Sequence record: PP777464.1
Direction: 5' to 3' (one strand)
Length of the DNA: 64,000 nt
The stretch's first letter is position 1. The number at the start of each line of letters is the position of its first letter. The notes under the pieces were generated by a model. The model had not been told where the DNA came from. It saw nothing but the letters and a program-made list of their open reading frames with translations, and did no database searches. The position numbers and the translations under genes were made by a program. Shown in pieces: positions 57,849 through 64,000 of the stretch.

Positions 57849-57889
57849 TAATAAATATAGTATATATTAATCATTAAAGGGATTTATAC

Positions 57890-59518
57890 ATGAGCATAAG
57901 TTTTAATAACCCACTGGATACTATGACTAGTACTGGTGCTAATGGATCTTTAGAACTAATAGTGCTTGGTGGTACACCAACTAATCCAAGACCTATTCGT
58001 TTTAATTCATCTTCTGTCATTTTACCAGTACAGGCATTGCCAGCAGGTGAGCAAGGTGCTATGGTATTTGATAGAAATGAGTTGGTGTTAAAATACCACA
58101 ACGGGACAAGTTGGATTGCAGTATACGATACTGATACAATTCTTGAACCAATCCGTATTTCACTCGATGAAGTGAACCGTAAACTGAATTTAAAAGTTGA
58201 AACAGTAACATATAGTAGTAGTGCTGTTCCAAGTGCGAGCATTAGTGGTACGAATTTAAATATCGTATTCCCTATTCCATCAAGTAGCGGTACTGGCCCA
58301 ACAGGTCTTTATACTTCAATGAAGCCTGGTGCAATTACCCAGTACTCATTGACTTCTGGACAAACTGTTGCTAGTATTCGTGAACAGATGTCTGGTGTGA
58401 CCAATGGTCAAAGTGGTCGTAATGGTTCACAAGGTTCTCCGTGGAAAACTTCTGATGGTTGGTGTTTTGCTGATGGAATGTGGTGGCAATGGGTTGGTGA
58501 AAATGGTACAATCACAAAACAAGTTCCAAATCTTAACCAAGAAGCATACTTGAAAGGCATTACCACATCAGGCGTAACTAAAACTGATAGTGTGATTGCA
58601 AGTAGTGCATCAATTAGTGGGACTGCGATATCAATTGCTCAACTTCCACCGCACTCATTTAGTTTCAGTGGAACTACTGGTGCTGCTGGTCGTCATGGTC
58701 ATAGTCAAGCACTAAAAGGTATGGACAGAAGTGGTCTTAATGCGTTAACATCCAGTAACGACAACGGAATCCCAACTGTAATTAATAACATTAACGAAGC
58801 ACCTGATCACGTGCATAGTTTCAGTGGTTCAACCAATACCGTTGGTAGTGGACAAGCACATACCCACGGAATTAGCAATATTGACGTACCACACTTTAAT
58901 GTGGCATACTTATATAACATTGCTGAGTCTAACGTTGCATTGAGTGAAAAAGTTGCAAACACCCGTTATGTACTTAAAACTGGTGATACAATGTCTGGTT
59001 CATTGAGTATCGCAAACAGTGCAACAATTCGTTCGAATGATACTTCATTAGTACTTTACTTCCGTAACGCGGCAGGAACTACTGAACGTGCAGCAATTTA
59101 TCACAGTTCATCAACAAATACATTACGTTTGAGAAGTAATGGTGGTTCTGAAGTTACAATTAACTCTTCTGGTGTACTTTATGCTCCATCAGTAACTGGT
59201 GCATCATTGTCTATTTCTGGAAACACAGCAACTGTTGCAAGTAAAAACATCGTCAGATCTATTAACGGTAACAACGCTGATGCAAACGGTAACGTAACTT
59301 TAACACTGGGTGCTGTACAAGATGTTCGTTTAAGTAAAAGAACATCTACGCGAAGTGTTCCTGATTCTTCTTGGATCTATGCACCAGAAGGTGCTACGCT
59401 TGATGGGTTGTTTATTTCCGTAAATGGGAGTTCTGGTACACACGTTGAAGGTTATAGTTGGAGATATACACAAAAATTAGTCAATGGTGTATGGACTAAC
59501 GTAGTAGTGGAGTCTTAA
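57890..59518 (+). CDS. Tail fibre protein with collar-like region, HxH motifs and a P2/Mu-type C-terminal tip
   Basis: DGWCFADG...VPNLN, I.IAQLPPHS, RHGH/DHVH/AHTH, RYVLKTGDTMSG, and C-terminal RYTQKLVNGVW. Confidence 0.75.
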   Translation: MSISFNNPLDTMTSTGANGSLELIVLGGTPTNPRPIRFNSSSVILPVQALPAGEQGAMVFDRNELVLKYHNGTSWIAVYDTDTILEPIRISLDEVNRKLNLKVETVTYSSSAVPSASISGTNLNIVFPIPSSSGTGPTGLYTSMKPGAITQYSLTSGQTVASIREQMSGVTNGQSGRNGSQGSPWKTSDGWCFADGMWWQWVGENGTITKQVPNLNQEAYLKGITTSGVTKTDSVIASSASISGTAISIAQLPPHSFSFSGTTGAAGRHGHSQALKGMDRSGLNALTSSNDNGIPTVINNINEAPDHVHSFSGSTNTVGSGQAHTHGISNIDVPHFNVAYLYNIAESNVALSEKVANTRYVLKTGDTMSGSLSIANSATIRSNDTSLVLYFRNAAGTTERAAIYHSSSTNTLRLRSNGGSEVTINSSGVLYAPSVTGASLSISGNTATVASKNIVRSINGNNADANGNVTLTLGAVQDVRLSKRTSTRSVPDSSWIYAPEGATLDGLFISVNGSSGTHVEGYSWRYTQKLVNGVWTNVVVES

Positions 59519-59519
59519 T

Positions 59520-60038
59520 ATGAAAACATATACACATTTCAAAAAATATATCCCAGTAGAAAAGAAACATGGAGATAATGTTCTTTATCTATTGTCAGAT
59601 GAGGGTGCTGACTGGTATGATTGTCAAAACGAATTCAGACAAGATACTTTGAAAGTTCAGTACTCTGATGATGGTTATATTGCACAAGCATCATATGATG
59701 TAACATTGTTAGTACCGTATGGATACAGTGTTTCTGAGTTGGAGCATGATGGTGATGAAGATGAAGTAGTTGGTAAAATCTATGATGGAAGTAAAATTTC
59801 TGATTATGTTGAATCTACTGATGAAAAGATCAAACGTCTATCATCTGAGCACCAAGAATTAAGAACCGTAGCAATTAATGAGTTGAATAACATTAAGATG
59901 GCGATAGATCTTGAGGTAGCAACTGATTATGAAATAGAACTGTTTCCTAAGTTGAAAGCATATGTTCTTGAGCTATCATCTCTAACAACATCTGAATTTA
60001 GTAAGAAGAAGTTTTCGTTCCCTGTTAAACCTGTTTAA
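59520..60038 (+). CDS. Tail fibre assembly chaperone (Tfa/Caudo_TAP-like)
   Basis: LYLLSDEGADWYDCQ, C-terminal L...AIDL..AT..E...LKAY.L.L...FP.KP; adjacent to the fibre gene. Confidence 0.8.
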   Translation: MKTYTHFKKYIPVEKKHGDNVLYLLSDEGADWYDCQNEFRQDTLKVQYSDDGYIAQASYDVTLLVPYGYSVSELEHDGDEDEVVGKIYDGSKISDYVESTDEKIKRLSSEHQELRTVAINELNNIKMAIDLEVATDYEIELFPKLKAYVLELSSLTTSEFSKKKFSFPVKPV

Positions 60039-60048
60039 AAGTTTTTTT

Positions 60049-60076
60049 GGAACAAAATCGTAAGTAGTGATACAAT
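60049..60076 (+). promoter_or_regulatory. Early/middle promoter for dsbA-polymerase
   Basis: GGAACA-N16-TACAAT with extended TG. Confidence 0.55.
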
Positions 60077-60138
60077 GTAGTCATCTTACAGAGGTTGTGA
60101 GATGACATTTTTTTCAAAACACATGGAGAAGCAAACAA

Positions 60139-60444
60139 ATGGCAAAAGCTAAAAAAGAAGTTAAAGTTGAAATTCGTGACCTAAATGATGAACAACGTAA
60201 ACGTCTAGGTGATGCACTAAACAACGCAGTAGTACAACTTACTTTTATTGACGACACCAAAGCATCCTATGCAGATTTCATTAGTTCCATCTCTGATGAA
60301 CTAGGTATTGATGCATCCGATATCAAACAAGCCGCTCAACGTATCTACAAAGGCGATTACTTTGATAAACAAAACAAACTCGATAATATCGAAACTATCC
60401 TAAGTGTTACTAACAATTTGCCACAAGCAGATGACGATTACTAA
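60139..60444 (+). CDS. dsbA: Double-stranded DNA-binding protein (T4 DsbA-like)
   Basis: 101 aa, DELGID...A..IYK.D, similar to recalled T4 DsbA (DELGVDGK..NRLL.LYHKD). Confidence 0.7.
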   Translation: MAKAKKEVKVEIRDLNDEQRKRLGDALNNAVVQLTFIDDTKASYADFISSISDELGIDASDIKQAAQRIYKGDYFDKQNKLDNIETILSVTNNLPQADDDY

Positions 60445-60468
60445 TAAGTACTAAAAACTAAACTTTAT

Positions 60469-60497
60469 AGCCTCCAATGAATGGGGGCTTTATTTTT
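60469..60497 (+). terminator. Hairpin / weak terminator between dsbA and polymerase
   Basis: AGCCTCCA-atgaa-TGGGGGCT-TTATTTTT. Confidence 0.6.
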
Positions 60498-60526
60498 AAC
60501 TTAATAAACGTAAAGGAATACAAACG

Positions 60527-63500
60527 ATGTATATCGATGCTTATATGGAACGTAAACGTACTGGTGATATTTTACACGTAGCAGAACGTAAAAACGGTAA
60601 ACGTATTCTACGTCAGTTGGACCCAGTATATGAATATTATGTTGAATCTCCTACTGGTGAACACAAAACAATTTATGGAACTAACGCAAAGCATTTGGAG
60701 TTTGAAACTCAATCACAGATGAATAAAAGCGTTGAGCAACATAAAAATGAAGGTCTACGTATTTTTGAAAGTGATTGCAACATTACCTTCAAAACGTTGG
60801 CTAGAGAATACATGGGTAAAGGTTCGCCGGATTTGAACGTAGCATTTTTCGATATCGAAACCGACTTCCATAAGAAGTTTGGTTATGCTCCACCATCAGA
60901 TCCATTCAACCGTGTAACTGCAATTTCTCTATATCAATCATGGACTGGTAAGGATTATGTACTGACTTTGCCACCAACTGATATGGAAATGTACGAAGCA
61001 CAAGATATTGTTCGTCAGTTAAACGAAGAAACTAACGACCCTAACAGTACTGTCATCCTTTATACGGATGAGAAAGAAATGTTTATGGAGTTCTTTAGTC
61101 TAATCGATGACTCTGATGTAATTTCAGGTTGGAACAGTGAATTCTTTGATATTCCATATATGGTCAACCGTACCAAGAAAATCTTCAACGAAGCAACTAC
61201 TGCTCGTTGGTGCTTGTGGAATAAAAAACCAAATGCTCGTGAAGCTGATAACTTTGGTAAAACTGTAGTAACATATGATCTTATTGGTCGTGTACACTTA
61301 GACTATCTTGCTCTTTATAAGAAACATGCTGGTCAAGTTGAACAGTCGTACAAACTAGATTATATTGCTGAAAAAGTAACTAAAGAAAACAAAGTATCCT
61401 ATGAAGGTTCATTGGATAAACTATACCGTGAAGATTACATTACATTCTTGCGTTATTCTAAGCAGGATAGTATTCTTCTAAAGAAAATTGATGCTAAATG
61501 TGACTTTATCAACCTGCATAACCGTCTTGCTCATAAAGAATGTGTACTAATTAGTACTACAATGGGTTCGGTTGCACTAATCGACACTGCTATCATCAAC
61601 CTTGCTCACAGTCGCGGTGAAGTTGTTTTTAACAAAGCACCGAAAGATGATATTGAGTTAGATCCAGAGATGGAGTACTATGGTGAAGAAGGTGATGAAG
61701 AAGATGAGAAAATCAGTGCAAAAGCTGCTGGTGCATGGGTTCAAGATCCAGTTCTTGGCCTTGTTAGCGATTTGGGATGTACAGACTTTAACTCATTGTA
61801 TCCAACTGTACTACGTACACTTGGCATGAGTACTGAATGTATTCTTGGACAACTTCGTCAAGACTACACTGATGCATATCTTGCTGCTAAAGTACAAGAG
61901 CAAAAAGCTAAATCCAAATCTAAAGCGTTTGAACCTGATTGGACCGCTGCATGGCATGGTTTATTTGCTGCTGTAGAATTTACAATGGTTCATGAAAAAT
62001 CTGACAAAACTTTGATTGTTGATTTAGAAGATGGTAGTTCGTTCAATGCAACTGGTAAAGAATTGTATGATATTATCTTTGCTGAAGACAGTACTATTGT
62101 ACTAAGTGCTAACGGAACACTTTTTGATAAGTCTAAGTATGGTGTAATTCCAGATATTCTTACTCAATGGTATTCTGAGCGTAAAGCACAACAAAAAATG
62201 GTAATCGACTACAAACACATGTATAGTGATGGGTGGGAATTCAATGGTTCTGAGAAGGTTGAACCTTTGCTATCTAACTACACAAGTGGTACAATGTTCC
62301 GTACAAACTTACATGACAATGATCCTGTTTATCTATTACGTATTGCTATTGGTAAAGGTCAATGGGAAGAAGTTGCAAAACTCATTGTGGAAAATGGTTT
62401 AGTACTGAAAGATGGTCGTATTTTCTGTGCAACGGAAGATAAGAATTACTTCAAACAGCAAAGTGCATTCTGGAAACAGAACCAGCAAATTCGTAAGATT
62501 CTTCTAAACAGTCTATATGGTGCACTATTGAACAAAGGTTCACGTTTCTTTGATAAGCGTTTAGGTCAGTCCGTTACCTTAACTGGTCGTTCTATGACTA
62601 AACATATGGCAAGCCGTATCAATGAAATCACTACTGGCGTTTATAATCACCAAGGTGGCTCTGTAATTTACGGTGATACTGACTCCGTTTACTTCAGTGT
62701 AACTCATTACCTGAAAGAACAAGGTATTCCATATAATCTTTCGAAAGAAGAAATCGTTGACATGTATATCAAAATCGGTGATGAAGTTGGTGAATCATTC
62801 CCTTCATTCATGAACGAAATGTTCAATACTGGTATTGAGAAAGGTAAGATTGTTGGTGCAGACCTAGAGATGGTCGGTTCCCGTGGTCTATTCCTGAAGA
62901 AAAAGCGTTATGCAATTCTCAAGTACTGGGAAGATGGTTTCCGTAAAGATGTTGATGGAAAGCCTGGTGAAATTAAAGCGATGGGTCTTGAAATTAAACG
63001 TTCAGATACGCCAAAATACATCCAGAACTTCCTAGAAGAGACTCTAATTGCATTGCTGGTGGGTGAGTCTGAAGCTCAACTTAAACAGCGTGTACGTGAC
63101 TTTAAAGAGGTATTTAAAGACATGCCTGTACACGAAAAGGGTTCACCGAAAACTGTTAAGAACTATACCAACTTAGAAGCAGAATATGAAGTTTCTGGTA
63201 AATGTAAAGTTGGTCACGTATTAGCAGGTATTCAATGGAACCGTCTACGTGAAGTATATGATGACAAAACTGTACCTGAAGTAACTGACGGTACAAAAGT
63301 AATTGTATGTAACTTAAAAGATAACCCGATGGGTATCAAAGCAGTAGGTTACCCAATTGACTGTGTGGAATATCTACCTGAATGGTTCTTAGAACTACCA
63401 TTTGATACAGAGAAAATGGAAGAAATAGTTCTAACTAAAAAATTAGAAAACATTTTTGGTATTCTGGATATGGATATTGGTATTCATGAGAAAAGCACAG

Positions 63501-63532
63501 CAGCCGTTAATAACGGATTCTTCACCTGGTAA
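60527..63532 (+). CDS. gp43: Family B DNA polymerase with 3'-5' exonuclease (gp43-like)
   Basis: FFDIET, WNSEFFDIPY, DFNSLYP, KILLNSLYG, YGDTDS, KKRYA, MGLEIKRS. Confidence 0.97.
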   Translation: MYIDAYMERKRTGDILHVAERKNGKRILRQLDPVYEYYVESPTGEHKTIYGTNAKHLEFETQSQMNKSVEQHKNEGLRIFESDCNITFKTLAREYMGKGSPDLNVAFFDIETDFHKKFGYAPPSDPFNRVTAISLYQSWTGKDYVLTLPPTDMEMYEAQDIVRQLNEETNDPNSTVILYTDEKEMFMEFFSLIDDSDVISGWNSEFFDIPYMVNRTKKIFNEATTARWCLWNKKPNAREADNFGKTVVTYDLIGRVHLDYLALYKKHAGQVEQSYKLDYIAEKVTKENKVSYEGSLDKLYREDYITFLRYSKQDSILLKKIDAKCDFINLHNRLAHKECVLISTTMGSVALIDTAIINLAHSRGEVVFNKAPKDDIELDPEMEYYGEEGDEEDEKISAKAAGAWVQDPVLGLVSDLGCTDFNSLYPTVLRTLGMSTECILGQLRQDYTDAYLAAKVQEQKAKSKSKAFEPDWTAAWHGLFAAVEFTMVHEKSDKTLIVDLEDGSSFNATGKELYDIIFAEDSTIVLSANGTLFDKSKYGVIPDILTQWYSERKAQQKMVIDYKHMYSDGWEFNGSEKVEPLLSNYTSGTMFRTNLHDNDPVYLLRIAIGKGQWEEVAKLIVENGLVLKDGRIFCATEDKNYFKQQSAFWKQNQQIRKILLNSLYGALLNKGSRFFDKRLGQSVTLTGRSMTKHMASRINEITTGVYNHQGGSVIYGDTDSVYFSVTHYLKEQGIPYNLSKEEIVDMYIKIGDEVGESFPSFMNEMFNTGIEKGKIVGADLEMVGSRGLFLKKKRYAILKYWEDGFRKDVDGKPGEIKAMGLEIKRSDTPKYIQNFLEETLIALLVGESEAQLKQRVRDFKEVFKDMPVHEKGSPKTVKNYTNLEAEYEVSGKCKVGHVLAGIQWNRLREVYDDKTVPEVTDGTKVIVCNLKDNPMGIKAVGYPIDCVEYLPEWFLELPFDTEKMEEIVLTKKLENIFGILDMDIGIHEKSTAAVNNGFFTW

Positions 63533-63542
63533 GGAAAATATT

Positions 63543-63683
63543 ATGATTATTGCAGACGAAACTAAACTAAAATATGACGAAGTAAATGACGTATTCTCTG
63601 ATGAATCACTGGCACTGTCTGAGGACAGTGTTAACGAGGCGTGGGAACAGTACGTTTTATGGAGTGCATCCCAAGGAGAGTAA
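63543..63683 (+). CDS. Small acidic hypothetical protein (46 aa)
   Basis: SD AAGGA, fills the gap after the polymerase; start moved to 63543. Confidence 0.55.
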   Translation: MIIADETKLKYDEVNDVFSDESLALSEDSVNEAWEQYVLWSASQGE

Positions 63684-63684
63684 T

Positions 63685-63987
63685 ATGGAAAATATCTATA
63701 AGCGTGTTGGTGCAGTACTGGAAGATAGTACTATCGTAAATTCAGTACTTGCATACAATAATGATGATGAAGTTGTTCTAATGTCTGCTGGTTTCACCAG
63801 AACTGGTTCTGTTGAAATTGACGGTGAGATTGTTGACGTCTATTCTATTGAAAAGAAACGCAAAGTTGTCATTGTTGAAGATGTTAACACGTTAAAAGAC
63901 TTAGAACATCTACGTTACAAATTCAACATTGGTGCAGGTGCAAACGCTGATAAGCCGTACCTTAAACGTTGGAACACAAAATACTGA
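63685..63987 (+). CDS. Hypothetical protein (100 aa)
   Basis: SD AAGGAG gives start 63685. Confidence 0.65.
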   Translation: MENIYKRVGAVLEDSTIVNSVLAYNNDDEVVLMSAGFTRTGSVEIDGEIVDVYSIEKKRKVVIVEDVNTLKDLEHLRYKFNIGAGANADKPYLKRWNTKY

Positions 63988-64000
63988 TAAAAAATTGAGA

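Noticed and set aside
62200-62500. Insertion in the DNA polymerase fingers as a possible intein
   Set aside because: No C/S start, HN/C end or LAGLIDADG motif. Long fingers are normal in T4/RB69-type polymerases.
1-64000. CRISPR arrays, DGR/reverse transcriptase, transposases, stop-codon recoding
   Set aside because: No regular repeat-spacer arrays, RT or transposase motifs. Core genes are intact under the standard code.

Overview
This is a 64-kb segment of an AT-rich (roughly one-third GC) jumbo myophage with T4-like core genes. The gene set and order most resemble the RaK2/GAP32/PBECO4/CBB-type enterobacterial jumbo phages (inferred, not database-confirmed). In order it carries: two tandem paralogous giant beta-fibre genes (the left one runs off the window), an adaptor, a WcaM-like colanic-acid depolymerase and a collagen-like fibre; structural genes, a NUDIX hydrolase, gp15 and gp14; an inserted ClpA-type AAA+ unfoldase with its own sigma70 promoter; a baseplate block (3.3-kaa wedge, gp6, gp25, stand-alone lysozyme, unusual gp5 spike, hub, gp53, gp48/54-like); gp55 late sigma, gp47, gp46 and endonuclease VII; an ~840-bp non-coding island; gp51, gp26 and a tape measure; the head module (portal with a 155-N gap, core proteins, gp21, gp22, gp23); a tail fibre with its chaperone; DsbA; and a family-B DNA polymerase. 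No tRNA, rRNA, CRISPR array or transposase was seen. Two signals are not explained by any gene. (1) A promoter-to-terminator unit of ~450 nt at 46.85-47.30 kb is GC-enriched and densely base-paired, a candidate large ncRNA, and is followed by an AT-rich palindrome cluster that could be an origin. (2) The palindrome AGTACT (extended TTCAGTACTGAA) is highly iterated: about 130 copies counted by eye versus ~20-25 expected, in all reading frames, both strands and next to late promoters.
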